NCBI GenBank assembly: GCA_963806225.1
Contig: CAWDXG010000004.1
Coordinates: forward strand, 3,616,001 to 3,680,000
Length of the DNA: 64,000 nucleotides
DNA from: an uncultured delta proteobacterium
GTDB taxonomy: Bacteria; Myxococcota_A; Polyangia; Polyangiales; Polyangiaceae
Direction of reading: 5' to 3'
Within the stretch, counting starts at the first letter, position 1, and every line of letters starts with the position of its first letter. Of the stretch, positions 30,811 through 41,311 are shown piece by piece. The notes under the pieces are model-generated. The model was given only the letters and a program-made list of their open reading frames with translations, did no database searches and had not been told where the DNA came from. Both the position numbers and the translations under genes were made by a program.

Positions 30811-31230
30811 GTGTCTCGCTTCGTACTGGTCGCCCTGGTCGCGCTCGCGAGCTGCAGCCGCAACAGCCCTGCCGGCGGCACTGCCGCGCCGGCAGCCACT
30901 GCAAAATCTCTTGCCTCTACAAATGCGAGCGCAGCGCCGCCTCCCCGGGCTGCGCCCGCGGACCCGGAGTGTCAGCGCATCGTGCAGGCACTGAAGACCG
31001 AGCTTGCGAAGCTCCCCTCGGCGTGCACGGCCGACAAGGACTGCACCTGCTATTCCGGCGGCGTCTCGGGCGTCACCGGCTGCGGCGGCGTCAGCGACGT
31101 GGCAGCGGCTCGCCGCATCGCCACGCTGACGCGGGAGTTCACGAAGAGCCGTTGCGACAACCGCGTCAACTGCGCCGCCCAACTCTGCCGGGCTGCATGC
31201 GTCGATGGCCGCTGCAAGGCCGGCCGCTAG
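30811..31230 (+). CDS. Small Cys-rich lipoprotein
   Basis: VALASC lipobox; CTADKDCTC, CDNRVNC, CVDGRC. Confidence 0.7.
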   Translation: MSRFVLVALVALASCSRNSPAGGTAAPAATAKSLASTNASAAPPPRAAPADPECQRIVQALKTELAKLPSACTADKDCTCYSGGVSGVTGCGGVSDVAAARRIATLTREFTKSRCDNRVNCAAQLCRAACVDGRCKAGR

Positions 31231-31324
31231 CTACCAGGCGTGGGCATCCGGCGCCTCGCCGCCCGGCCCAGCCGCGTTGCGTGCCCGCCGGAAACTTGAC
31301 GTGAACTGACGGCGGCGCGGCGGG

Positions 31325-34300
31325 TCAGGACGAGCGCCTACGCAGCCGACGGCTTCGTCGGCGCTGCAGCAGGATCCCTCCGGCAACGACGAACAGGGCC
31401 CAAGAACCGGAAAAGGGTTCGGGCTTCTGTCCGGCAGCTCGGCAGCTGCATCCACCGTTGGCGGACGGTTTGGGGTTCGAACTCTTCTTGCAGGTCCTCG
31501 TCGAAGTGTCGCACACGTATCCGGAGACGCACTCGTCGCTGGTGCGGCAGACCTCGTAACATGCCCCGCTCGTCTTGTTGCACAGGTACGGGGCGCACTC
31601 GATCGTGCCGTCGGCGCCGATCGACGTCATGTTGTCATTCGAGCACTTCGCTCCCCCCGTCGGCGTGCATCCGCCGCTGGCGCACCGATAGCCCGGCTCA
31701 CAATCTGTGTCGCCCGAGCAACTCAGCAGGCAGCTTCCGTTGCTGCTGCATACGAATGGGCTGCAAGGACGTGGCGTCCCCGGGACGCATTGGCCGTTCT
31801 GGCAGGCGCTCACGGTTTCTTGCCCGCCCACGCAAGTGGAGCCACAAGCTGTTCCGGTGCCGGGGTATGTGCACGCAGCGCTGCTCCCGTCGCAGTATCC
31901 GGCACAGACGCCGGTGCCGTTGCACTTGCCGTGGCCGCTTTCCGGCGCGGTGGCGATAACGGTGCACGTCCCGTTATGCGATGGCACATCGCAAGCTTCG
32001 CAGGTTTCGGCGCACGACGAATCGCAACAAACTCCGTCGACGCAATGCCCGGATTGGCACTCTCCGGCGTCCGTGCACCCCGTGCCGTTGGTGCTCTTGA
32101 CGACGCACGTGCCGCCGGAGCAACGGAAGCCACCCAGGCAATCCGCGTCGACCGTACATGACACAGCGCAGCTTGCGGCGTCGGCACAACCGTAGCTGCC
32201 GCAGGACGTGTTCGCCTGGACGCAATTCCCGGCGCCGTTGCAGGTCGACGTTGTGAGCGTTCCGGACGCGCAGACCGGCGCGGCGCATACCGTCGCCGTG
32301 GAATAGAGCGCACACGCTCCCGTGCCGTCGCAGAGTCCGTCTCGTTGGCAGCTTGCCGCCCCGTCGTCGGGACAGTCGTCGGCTGGGTCGGTACCCGCCT
32401 TGACGGGAGCGCACGTTCCGTCCGGTCCGCTGGCCTTGTCGGCGGCGAGGCACGACAGGCAGATCTGGTTGCAGGCGGAGTCACAGCAGACACCATCGCT
32501 GCAATGCGTCGAGGTGCATTCGTCGTCCGCCGTGCATGCGTGGCCGTTTGCCTGCTGGAGGACACATGCTCCGCCCACGCAGTGCGCTCCACTGGAGCAA
32601 TCAGTGTCTGTGACGCACGAGGTCGAGCACTTCTGGGCGTCCGCGCACACGTAGGGTGCGCACGTCCCCGACGCCGGGATGCAGCTTCCGCCGCCGTTGC
32701 ACGTCGCCTTGGTGAACTGCCCGTTCGAGCAAGTTGGCGACTGGCACGTCTGACCTGCGGGATAGAACGCGCAACTGCCCGAGCCGTCGCATGCGCCGGT
32801 CCTTCCGCAGCTTGCGGCGCCGTCGTCAGGGCAGTCACCATCGGGGTCCGTACCTGCGGAAACCGGAGCGCAGACTCCGTCGGTCCCGCCTGTCCTGGAA
32901 GCAACGCATGCCTCGCAGGGCTGACTGCAGGGACTGTCGCAGCACACGCCATCAACGCACGCGACATCGCATTCCGCAGTACTCCCGCAAGCTTCTCCGG
33001 TTGTCCCGAGCCCGAAGATCTCCGTGCTGGTCGGAGCAAAGCTTCCACCCATCACCAGCACCCGCCCATCTTGAAGCTGGGTCGCCGTCCCGTTGACGTG
33101 CCCGTCGACCATGCTGCCCGCGCTCATCCAGTTGTTCGTGGTCGGATCGAAGACAAGGGTACCCAGCACGGGTGACTCGGTGTTCCCGCCCAATGGGTCG
33201 GTCTTCCAGATTGCGCCTCCCGATACGAGGACACGGCCGTTGGGCAGCAGCGTAGCAGCGTGTTTGTGACGGCCGCTTGGCATGTCCGGAAGCTGCGTCC
33301 AGGAATTGGTCGAAGGCGAGAACAGCTCCGGCGTCGCGACCTCGATCAGGACCCCGCCCGACGAGTAGAAGCCCCCGACAGCGAGAGCGTTGCCATTGGC
33401 AAGAGTCGTCAGCGACATTCGATTGCGCTTGTTGTGCATTGTCCCCGCCGCCGACCAATGTCCCGTCGACTCGTCGAAGAGCTCGGCGTTCAGCAAGGGC
33501 GTCGTCTCCGATGTCGCAAAGCCCCCCGCAACAAGCACCCGGCCGTCCGCGAGCACCGCCACGGATAGCTCGCGCCTGGCGGATGCCATGCTCTCCACGG
33601 CGGACCAGGTGCCGGTGCTGAGGTCATACGTCTCCGCGGCTGCGGTGGGCACGTAGCTGTTCGAGACCAAGGCCGCGCCGCCGATGACGATTGGCTTCCC
33701 GCTCGGCAAGATGGCGGCAACCGCCTCGATGCGTGGCGACACGCAGTTGCCGGAATACGACCAGGTGCCGGTCGCCGGGTCGTACACCTCGGACGCTGCG
33801 ATGGCACCCGCGACCAGGGGCTGGCTGCCACCGGCTACCACGACTTTCCCATTCGGCAGCAGCGAAGCGGTGTGCGTGTAGCGTGGCGTCTCGAGTGCGC
33901 CCGTGGCGGCCCAGGTCCCGCTGCCAGGGTCGTACAGTTCCGATGACGCGCCGGAGGACTGCGACTGGCTGCCTTCCACCAGCACTCGACCGTCCTTCAG
34001 CCGTGTTGCCGCGTGCCAGACGTGCTGTGCGGCTGTCGAGCCCGTCGTGGTCCAACCTGGATCGAGCAACATCGGGTAGGCGTGATTGTCATCGTGCCAC
34101 CGCAAAGCCATCGTGCAACGGTCGGCCCCCGGCGCGACTGTCGGTCGCCCCCACGGAGCAGCCGGATTCGTGTCGTAGTCACAACCGCGGACCTCCAGCG
34201 TGACCGCGATGGGACGGCCTTGCGCGTCCATCATCGTCGGAGGCGCAACACGGAGTCGTGGTGTCCCGGAGGCGTCCATGAACTCGAGAGTGTTTGCCAC

Positions 34301-34936
34301 AAGTCGCAATCCGGCCGTGCCACCAACGTCGATCTGGTAGGAAACCTGCGGCTCCTCCAGTTGCCGTGCGACTACGACAAAGTCTTCCACCCCATCGCGC
34401 AACGTCCGTCGCAGGACGTCGCCACCACCGGGCGCGGCATTGGGATACGCGGCTACGTCCTCCGAGACTGCCGCGCCAGAATGGGCGTTCGCGCCAAGCA
34501 TGTGGAACTGAACAGCGATTCCGGAGCGTGCATCCGCAACGCTAGCTTCGCCATCCGCCTGCAACGGAAGTCCCAGCACGGCAGTTGCATCGCTTCGGTG
34601 CACCGCGATCTTGTCGCCGATGCGCTCGAAGCGCGCATGCATGGTGCTGGGGTAGAGGAGCTTCTCAAACGGCGTGCCCTCCCTCGGAGCTTCGAACTCC
34701 GCGCGCACTCGCCGCAGCGCGTTCTGCGCCGGGGAAGTCGGCACCAGCTCCACGGCTGCTCCGCCGTCGTCGGCTGGGTGTGCCCGCGCGGCGCCACCGT
34801 TCCCGCAGCCGACGAGCGCGAGCGCGAGCGCACTCCGCACGATCAGCCCAGCAACATTCGTTTTCGTCCGCCCGCTAGCGCGGCGCCCAGAAGAGCAAGA
34901 CGGACCTCGCGAAAACCCCCGTCTCCCATACATCAT
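31325..34936 (-). CDS. Kelch-repeat + Cys-rich-repeat surface protein with MYXO-CTERM
   Basis: LVGC lipobox; ~6 kelch blades (HTASLLPNGKVVVAGG); CVDGVCCD repeats; GGCSCRAAG-TM-RRR tail. Confidence 0.88.
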   Translation of the reverse strand: MMYGRRGFSRGPSCSSGRRASGRTKTNVAGLIVRSALALALVGCGNGGAARAHPADDGGAAVELVPTSPAQNALRRVRAEFEAPREGTPFEKLLYPSTMHARFERIGDKIAVHRSDATAVLGLPLQADGEASVADARSGIAVQFHMLGANAHSGAAVSEDVAAYPNAAPGGGDVLRRTLRDGVEDFVVVARQLEEPQVSYQIDVGGTAGLRLVANTLEFMDASGTPRLRVAPPTMMDAQGRPIAVTLEVRGCDYDTNPAAPWGRPTVAPGADRCTMALRWHDDNHAYPMLLDPGWTTTGSTAAQHVWHAATRLKDGRVLVEGSQSQSSGASSELYDPGSGTWAATGALETPRYTHTASLLPNGKVVVAGGSQPLVAGAIAASEVYDPATGTWSYSGNCVSPRIEAVAAILPSGKPIVIGGAALVSNSYVPTAAAETYDLSTGTWSAVESMASARRELSVAVLADGRVLVAGGFATSETTPLLNAELFDESTGHWSAAGTMHNKRNRMSLTTLANGNALAVGGFYSSGGVLIEVATPELFSPSTNSWTQLPDMPSGRHKHAATLLPNGRVLVSGGAIWKTDPLGGNTESPVLGTLVFDPTTNNWMSAGSMVDGHVNGTATQLQDGRVLVMGGSFAPTSTEIFGLGTTGEACGSTAECDVACVDGVCCDSPCSQPCEACVASRTGGTDGVCAPVSAGTDPDGDCPDDGAASCGRTGACDGSGSCAFYPAGQTCQSPTCSNGQFTKATCNGGGSCIPASGTCAPYVCADAQKCSTSCVTDTDCSSGAHCVGGACVLQQANGHACTADDECTSTHCSDGVCCDSACNQICLSCLAADKASGPDGTCAPVKAGTDPADDCPDDGAASCQRDGLCDGTGACALYSTATVCAAPVCASGTLTTSTCNGAGNCVQANTSCGSYGCADAASCAVSCTVDADCLGGFRCSGGTCVVKSTNGTGCTDAGECQSGHCVDGVCCDSSCAETCEACDVPSHNGTCTVIATAPESGHGKCNGTGVCAGYCDGSSAACTYPGTGTACGSTCVGGQETVSACQNGQCVPGTPRPCSPFVCSSNGSCLLSCSGDTDCEPGYRCASGGCTPTGGAKCSNDNMTSIGADGTIECAPYLCNKTSGACYEVCRTSDECVSGYVCDTSTRTCKKSSNPKPSANGGCSCRAAGQKPEPFSGSWALFVVAGGILLQRRRSRRLRRRSS

Positions 34937-35203
34937 AGTTGTCCCTCGGATAGGAGATCGTCCGGGGCGCCCATCCACACGTCAATACGTGGAAACCGAA
35001 GCAAACGTTGCAAACGGAAGCTGGTTCTTTTCTGGATCTTGGCGGCCGCAGTGCTGCTCGTCTACGACCACGCGGCCCGAAAGCGCCGCGGGGCGAGCAA
35101 CGAAGCCGCGGAGTTCCCGGAAACGCGCCCAACCACGTGCGTGTGGCCGCGCGGTTCTTCGGCGGCCTGGTGCTGCCCCTCAGCGCGAGCTCGGCGGCCT
35201 CCA

Positions 35204-35386
35204 TCACGCTCGCGCCGAGCTCTCGTCGATCGAGCGATGAAGCAGGGCACGCTCCTTGTCGTCAAGGTCGTCGCCGCTCGTCGCTAGTAGCTCGTCGAGA
35301 GGGACCGGCTCGATGACCTGCCCCTCGGGCAGCTCCGTCGGCTCGTCGAGGCGAAGCCGACCGTTTTCGACGCGGGCCTTGTGGAT
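35204..35386 (-). pseudogene. Degraded antitoxin-like gene remnant
   Basis: IHKARVENGRLRLDEPTELPEGQVIEPVPLDELLATSGDDLDDKERALLHRSIDES; no start codon, no partner toxin. Confidence 0.55.
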
Positions 35387-35554
35387 GCGACGAGGACGAA
35401 CGTCCTACGGGCGGGCCGCGCCCTCCGACGCTTTTTGCCGCGCGTTTTCTCCCGCGCGGAGCCACCCTCTTGACGCCTGCGCGGGGGAGCGGGAACTCTC
35501 GGCCCGCGAATCCCGACCGGAGTTGTGCGGCGGGCCTGGCAGCGGCTGCCTTCA

Positions 35555-36733
35555 ATGAGCGTACGAGCGAGATCAGGCTTCATCGCCGCGCTGCTTTGCG
35601 TGGTGCTGGTTTCGGCGAACGCCTGGGCGGCGCCGAGGATCAAGCTGAAGCCGGTGAAGCAGCAGACGCTCGATACGCCCGTGCCGGTGTTCGTCAGGAT
35701 CCAAGGCAAACTGCACGGCGCCGAGGTGCAACTCCGCTACCGCCCCTCGAGCGGAGAGGACTGGCACGCGTTGACCATGCAGCCCGTAGGCAAGGGCTAT
35801 GGCGCGGTCATTCCCTGCGACCGCGTGCGGGACGAAGTCGTCATCGAGTACTACGTCCGCGTCCGGAAGCACGGCAGGACCATCGCCTACAAGGGTTCGA
35901 AGAAGAACCCGTACGCGGTGGCGTTCGTGGCGTCGCTGAAGGGCGCGCCGCCGTCGCTACCGGGCGAGGACCCGCCCGGAAAGTGCCAGAAGCACGAGGT
36001 GCCGGAGATCCACCTGTCCTCGACCGGCGAGGACTCCGGTTCGTCGGAAAGCGAGCCGCCCGCGAAGAAACCCGCCCAACAGAAGCTCCGGCGCCTGTGG
36101 ATCCAGCTCGGCCTCGTTCAGGATCTGGCCGTGCTCGGCGGCAAGGACGTGTGCAGCGAGGCCGGCGAGAAGAAGGCCTTCTACTGCTTCCGCGACGACG
36201 GCCAGCAGTACCTGGGCTACCCGGTCATGGGCGATCACGACGAGATCTCGACGGGCTTCGCGCTGTCCGCAACCCGCGTCGTGGCCGGCCTCGACTACGC
36301 ACTCGGGAAGGTCACGCTCGGAGCGCGGCTCGGGTTCACGCTGCGCGGCGGCTCGCCCACGATCCAGGGCGGCGTCAGCTCGCTGCCGCTGCTCGCCTCG
36401 GGCCGGCTCGAATACTGGTTTGCCGACCGCGCCTACGCCACGGAGCGCTTCTCACCCTATGTGCTCGCCGAGGGCGGCATCGCCGAGGCCGACTCGAAAC
36501 ACCGCGTCACGCTGGTGGAGGACAGGAGCCGGCAATCCCGGCAGACCAACCCGGCGATCCAGAACGTAGACGCCTGGAAGCGCACGGGGCGCAGTTTCGC
36601 CGGGCTCGGCGTCGGCGGCTTCTTTCCACTCGGCTCGCGCGGCGGGCTCGCCATCGAGCTCGAGGGCAGGCTGCTGTTCCCGACGACCGGATTCGTGATC
36701 GCACCCGGCGCCTCGTACGCCGCGAGCTTCTAG
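35555..36733 (+). CDS. Secreted/outer-membrane hypothetical protein (Ig-like N domain, beta-barrel-like C domain)
   Basis: ANAWA signal peptide; alternating beta-strands; terminal aromatic YAASF. Confidence 0.7.
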   Translation: MSVRARSGFIAALLCVVLVSANAWAAPRIKLKPVKQQTLDTPVPVFVRIQGKLHGAEVQLRYRPSSGEDWHALTMQPVGKGYGAVIPCDRVRDEVVIEYYVRVRKHGRTIAYKGSKKNPYAVAFVASLKGAPPSLPGEDPPGKCQKHEVPEIHLSSTGEDSGSSESEPPAKKPAQQKLRRLWIQLGLVQDLAVLGGKDVCSEAGEKKAFYCFRDDGQQYLGYPVMGDHDEISTGFALSATRVVAGLDYALGKVTLGARLGFTLRGGSPTIQGGVSSLPLLASGRLEYWFADRAYATERFSPYVLAEGGIAEADSKHRVTLVEDRSRQSRQTNPAIQNVDAWKRTGRSFAGLGVGGFFPLGSRGGLAIELEGRLLFPTTGFVIAPGASYAASF

Positions 36734-36781
36734 CGCCGCAGAGCCTTCACGGCGCCGCGAAGTGCACTATCCTGTCCCGCT

Positions 36782-37459
36782 ATGACGCGCCGCGTACTCT
36801 TGTCCTGGAGCTCGGGCAAGGACTGCGCGTGGGCGCTGCACCTGCTGCGTGAGCAGCCCGACGTCGAGCTCGTGGGCCTGCTCACGACGCTCAACGAGGC
36901 GGCCGACCGCGTGGCGATGCACGCGGTGCGCCGCGAGCTGCTCGAGGCGCAGGCCGCCGCGACCGGGCTCCCGCTGTGGCCGGTACTGCTACCCTGGCCG
37001 TGCCCGAACGAGGTGTACGAGGAGCGCATGGCCGTCGCGATCGAGCGCGCGCGGAGCGAAGGCGTGACGCACACCGCCTTCGGCGATCTGTTCCTCGAGG
37101 ACGTGCGCGACTACCGCATCCAGAAGCTCGCCGGCACGGGCGTCGAGCCGCTGTTCCCGCTGTTCGGCACACCCGCCGACACGCCGGCGCTGGCGCGGCA
37201 GATGATCGACAGCGGGCTGCGCGCCGTCCTGACGTGCGTCGACCCGAAGCAGCTGCCCGAGCACTTCGTGGGGCGCGAGTTCAATGCCGAGCTCCTCTCT
37301 GATCTCCCGCCGGGCGTCGACCCATGCGGAGAGCGCGGCGAGTTCCACAGCTTCTGCTTCGCCGGACCGATGTTCGCGCGCGAGATCGACATCCGCGTGG
37401 GCGAGGTCGTCGCGCGGGACGGATTCTGTTTTGCGGACGTGGTGGCGGAAAGCGGCTAG
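36782..37459 (+). CDS. PP-loop ATPase, Dph6/MJ0570-related
   Basis: SWSSGKDC, RVAMH, FGDLFLEDVRDYR, DPCGERGEFH. Confidence 0.9.
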   Translation: MTRRVLLSWSSGKDCAWALHLLREQPDVELVGLLTTLNEAADRVAMHAVRRELLEAQAAATGLPLWPVLLPWPCPNEVYEERMAVAIERARSEGVTHTAFGDLFLEDVRDYRIQKLAGTGVEPLFPLFGTPADTPALARQMIDSGLRAVLTCVDPKQLPEHFVGREFNAELLSDLPPGVDPCGERGEFHSFCFAGPMFAREIDIRVGEVVARDGFCFADVVAESG

Positions 37460-37467
37460 ACGGCAGG

Positions 37468-39633
37468 CTACTTCACGTGATCCCACAGGAACGTGAAGGC
37501 GAGCGCGTGCATGAACGCTTCTTCCTTGTGGTCCGCTCCGGCGCTGTGGCCACCCTCGGTGTTCTCGTAGAACCACACCTTCTGGTCGCCCATCGCGAGC
37601 ATCTTCGCGTCCATCTTGCGGGCCTGCACCGGCCCCACGCGGTCGTCGCTGGTGGACGTGTAGAACAGCACCGGCGGATAGTCGGTGCCCTTGTCGAGGT
37701 TCTGGTAGGGCGAGAACTTCTTGATCCACGCCCACTCGGCCGGCTTGTCCGGGTCGCCGTACTCGGCGATCCACGAGGACCCGGCGGACAGGTGCGTGTA
37801 GTGCCGCATGTCCAGTAGCGGCACTTCGCAGGAAATGGCTCCGAACAGCTTCGGCCAACCGGTGAGCATGTTGCCCATGAGCAGGCCCCCGTTGCTCGCG
37901 CCCTCCGCCGCCAGATGCTCCGGCGAGGTGACCTTGCGCGCAACCAGATCGCGCGCCACCGCCGCGAAGTCCTCGTAGGCGCGCGGGCGGTTCCGCTTGA
38001 GCGCAGCCTTGTGCCAGTGCGGACCGTATTCGCCGCCGCCGCGGATGTTCGCCACCACGTACACGCCGCCGCGGTCGAGCCACGCGCGGCCTACCGTCCC
38101 GCTGTAGTACGGCAGGATCGACACCTCGAAACCGCCGTAGCCGTACAGCAGCGTCGGGTTCCTGCCGTCGTAGCGGAGCTTCTTCGAAGCGATCTCGAAG
38201 TAGGGAACCCGCGTCCCGTCCTTCGACGTGGCGAAATGCTGGGAGACGGCGAAGGGCGATGCGTCGAAGAACGCGGGCTCCTGCTTGACGGGCTTTGGCG
38301 CTTCCCGGCCCAACACGCCACGCAGCAGTGACGACGGCGTCAGAAAGCCCGTCACACTCAGCCAGTACTCGTCGTTGGCGTCGGGATCGGTGTTCGAGAT
38401 CGACACGGTGCTGAGGCCCGGAGCGCCCTCGAGCTCCTTCTCGTCCCACTTGTCGTGGCGGAAAGTGAGCACTTGCAGGCGGCTCTTCACGTCATGGAGC
38501 ACGTCGAGGATCAGGTGATGGCGCGTCCAGCTCTGCGACGTGAGCGCCGTGTGCTCGTCGGGGCGGAACAGCACGTCGAGCTTGCGCTCGCCCTTCATGA
38601 ACTTCTTGAACGGAGCAGCCAACAGCGCCCCGGCCGGGTAGGTCGTCTTGCCCACGGTCCAGGGCGAGCGCAGCTGGACCATCAGCCACTGGCGATGCGC
38701 GTAGGCGTCCGCGTCGCTCGGCACCTTCACCCGCACGAGCTTGTCGCCGAGGCGTTGGTACAGCTCGCTGTGGTAGTAGTCCTTCGCGACGGTGACGAAG
38801 TCGCGCTCGAAGCCCGGCGTGCGATCGTGCATCGCGCCCACGCCCACGTCGGTCGGCTTGCCCTCGAAGACGGTCTTGGCCTTGTCGAGCGGTGTGCCGC
38901 GCGTCCACTCCTTGACGATGCGCGGATAGCTCGACTTCGTCATCGTCCCGGGCCCGAAGTCGGTAGCCACGTAGATGTGGTCGTGATCGATAAAGCCGAC
39001 CTGGGTCTTCGCCGACGGCAGCTGGAACCCGCCCTTGACGAAGGACCGGCTCGACACGTCGAACTCGCGCACGGCGTGCGCGTCGCCCCCGTCGGGCGAC
39101 AGGAAGACGAGACAGTCGTTGTACTTCGGCTTCATGCACTGCACACCGGCGTAGACCCAGCGCTTGCCCTCGGTCTTGTCCAGCGCGTCGATATCCAGCA
39201 ACACATCCCACCTGGGATGCGGCTTCTTGAACTCCACCAGCGTGGTGCGCCGCCACAGCCCGCGTGGGTGCTGCTTGTCGCGCCAGAAGTTGTACAGGTA
39301 CTTCCCGCGGTGGTTGACGTACGGGATGCGCGCATCGGAGTCGTAGACCTGCAGGATCTGGTCGCGCAGCTGGGAAAACGCCGCATCGCTGGCGTAGCGG
39401 GCTTTCGTGCGCGCGTCCTGCTCGTGCACCCAGCTCATCGCGCGCTTGCCGTGGACCTTGGCAAGCCAGGCGAACGGATCGGCTGCGTGCTGGTGCGCTC
39501 TGACCGGTGCGGCGGAGGTCGATGGAGCCGGCGACGGAGCGGGCTTCGCAGGCGGGGAGACCGCCGGAGAGGGGGCACCGGCACAGCCGGCCAGCGCGAC
39601 GAGGGCAGCGAGCAACAGCGACGTGGGTTTCAT
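37468..39633 (-). CDS. Prolyl oligopeptidase (S9A) lipoprotein
   Basis: LAGC lipobox, DPFAWL, NIRGGGEYG, GASNGG, DDRV, GGH. Confidence 0.93.
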   Translation of the reverse strand: MKPTSLLLAALVALAGCAGAPSPAVSPPAKPAPSPAPSTSAAPVRAHQHAADPFAWLAKVHGKRAMSWVHEQDARTKARYASDAAFSQLRDQILQVYDSDARIPYVNHRGKYLYNFWRDKQHPRGLWRRTTLVEFKKPHPRWDVLLDIDALDKTEGKRWVYAGVQCMKPKYNDCLVFLSPDGGDAHAVREFDVSSRSFVKGGFQLPSAKTQVGFIDHDHIYVATDFGPGTMTKSSYPRIVKEWTRGTPLDKAKTVFEGKPTDVGVGAMHDRTPGFERDFVTVAKDYYHSELYQRLGDKLVRVKVPSDADAYAHRQWLMVQLRSPWTVGKTTYPAGALLAAPFKKFMKGERKLDVLFRPDEHTALTSQSWTRHHLILDVLHDVKSRLQVLTFRHDKWDEKELEGAPGLSTVSISNTDPDANDEYWLSVTGFLTPSSLLRGVLGREAPKPVKQEPAFFDASPFAVSQHFATSKDGTRVPYFEIASKKLRYDGRNPTLLYGYGGFEVSILPYYSGTVGRAWLDRGGVYVVANIRGGGEYGPHWHKAALKRNRPRAYEDFAAVARDLVARKVTSPEHLAAEGASNGGLLMGNMLTGWPKLFGAISCEVPLLDMRHYTHLSAGSSWIAEYGDPDKPAEWAWIKKFSPYQNLDKGTDYPPVLFYTSTSDDRVGPVQARKMDAKMLAMGDQKVWFYENTEGGHSAGADHKEEAFMHALAFTFLWDHVK

Positions 39634-39790
39634 GGGGGGCTCGAACGTAGCGGCTCCCCGCGCCGGATGCACCCGGGTCAGCTCGACGCCCGGCACGCCC
39701 TGCTGCCCGCCGCACGCCCGACGCAACCACTGCGCGTCGCAGCCGCCCATCGCGAGCTTCGCCAGGCACGCTGTTTGCTCGAAAACGGGC

Positions 39791-41278
39791 ATGGCCGAAA
39801 AGCACGTAGTGATCATCGGGGGCGGACTCGCGGGACTTTCGGCGGGCTGCTACGCACAGGCCAGTGGCTTTGCCACGACCATCGTCGAGCACAATCTGTC
39901 GCTCGGCGGAGTCTGCACCGCCTGGAAGCGGGGCGAATACCTGGTGGACGGCTGCATCCACTGGCTGACGGGCGGACCCTTTGCCCGGATCTACGAAGAG
40001 CTCGGCATTCTGCCGCAGGTGGAGCTCCGCACGCTGGAGCGTTTTGCCACCTACCGGCACGCGCGCGAGCGCCTCAACGTCGCCGTCACGCGCGATCTCG
40101 ACGCGCTGGCGCGGGATCTCGAACGACTGGCGCCCAGCGACGCCGACGAGATCCGCCGCATCGTGGACGGCGCGCGCGAGTTCGCCGAGCTCGACCCGCG
40201 CGTGGACCGTCCGCGCGAGCTCGCTTCGCTCCGGGACTCGGTGTCGTTCTTCTGGAGTACGCGCCACGACCTGGGCAACCTGGTCCACTTCCGCAAGCCG
40301 CTCGGGCGCTGGTGCCACGACCACATCAAGAGCCCGCGGCTCGTGCGCTTCCTGCAGCGGATGGCGCCACCGGAGGCTCCGGCGCTGTTCCTGTTGATGA
40401 TGCTCGGCTATCTCGAGCGCGGATTCCTGTCGCGACCAGTGGGCGGCTCGGCGGCTTTCCGCGACGCGCTGATCGGGAGCTACGAGCGGCTCGGTGGACA
40501 AGCTTTCGTCAATACGACGGTCGACGAGATCCTGGTGCAGGACGATCGCGCGGCGGGCGTCCGCCTCGGCGACGGTACCCTGCTGGAAGCGGACGTGGTG
40601 ATCTCGACCTCGAGCGGCCCCGAAACCGTGTTCCGGCTGCTCGGTGGTCGCTACGGCGCAAGCACCATGCGCGAGCGAATGCGGGAGTGGAAGCTCTTCG
40701 ACCCCATCGTGATGGCCAGCTTCGGCGTGGAGCTTCCGTTCCGCGAAGTCCCGTCTCTGCTCATGATCGACGGGGTCGAGCCGTTCGAGCTGGGCGGTCA
40801 TGAAAACGACCAGCTGTATCTGCGGCTGGAGAACGACGACCCGTGCTTCGCACCCGAAGGCCACTCCGTCGTGCAGCTGATCGCGCCCACGAGCTATGAG
40901 TGGTGGGCCACGCGCGGCACCGGATACCAGGCGGCCAAGGACGCAGTCGCGGCGCAGGCACTCGCCTTGCTCGAACCGCACTTGCCCGGGCTGTCCGGGG
41001 CCGTGCGCATGACCGACATCGTCACCCCGCTGACGTACTGGAACATGGCGCGCTCCTGGCGGGGCTCGTACGAGGGATGGATGCCGAATCGCGAGTCGCT
41101 GTTCGGCCACGCCGACAAGATGCTGCCCCACCTCGACGGGTTCTACATGGCTGGGCAGTGGGTCGAGCCGGGAGGCGGCGTCCCCACGGCGGTGACGAGC
41201 GGTCGCCAGGTCGTGCAGATCCTCTGCGCTCACGAGGATCAGCCCTTCGCAGCAACGCCAGCACGCGAACAGCGCTGA
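39791..41278 (+). CDS. FAD-dependent oxidoreductase, phytoene desaturase-like family
   Basis: IIGGGLAGL, DGCIHWL, TPLTY, FYMAGQWVEPGGGVP. Confidence 0.88.
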   Translation: MAEKHVVIIGGGLAGLSAGCYAQASGFATTIVEHNLSLGGVCTAWKRGEYLVDGCIHWLTGGPFARIYEELGILPQVELRTLERFATYRHARERLNVAVTRDLDALARDLERLAPSDADEIRRIVDGAREFAELDPRVDRPRELASLRDSVSFFWSTRHDLGNLVHFRKPLGRWCHDHIKSPRLVRFLQRMAPPEAPALFLLMMLGYLERGFLSRPVGGSAAFRDALIGSYERLGGQAFVNTTVDEILVQDDRAAGVRLGDGTLLEADVVISTSSGPETVFRLLGGRYGASTMRERMREWKLFDPIVMASFGVELPFREVPSLLMIDGVEPFELGGHENDQLYLRLENDDPCFAPEGHSVVQLIAPTSYEWWATRGTGYQAAKDAVAAQALALLEPHLPGLSGAVRMTDIVTPLTYWNMARSWRGSYEGWMPNRESLFGHADKMLPHLDGFYMAGQWVEPGGGVPTAVTSGRQVVQILCAHEDQPFAATPAREQR

Positions 41279-41311
41279 CGCCTCTTTACGTGGCCGTCCC
41301 GAGCCGCTTTC

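Noticed and set aside
39791..41278. crtI carotenoid gene
   Set aside because: No carotenoid genes nearby; only family-level similarity
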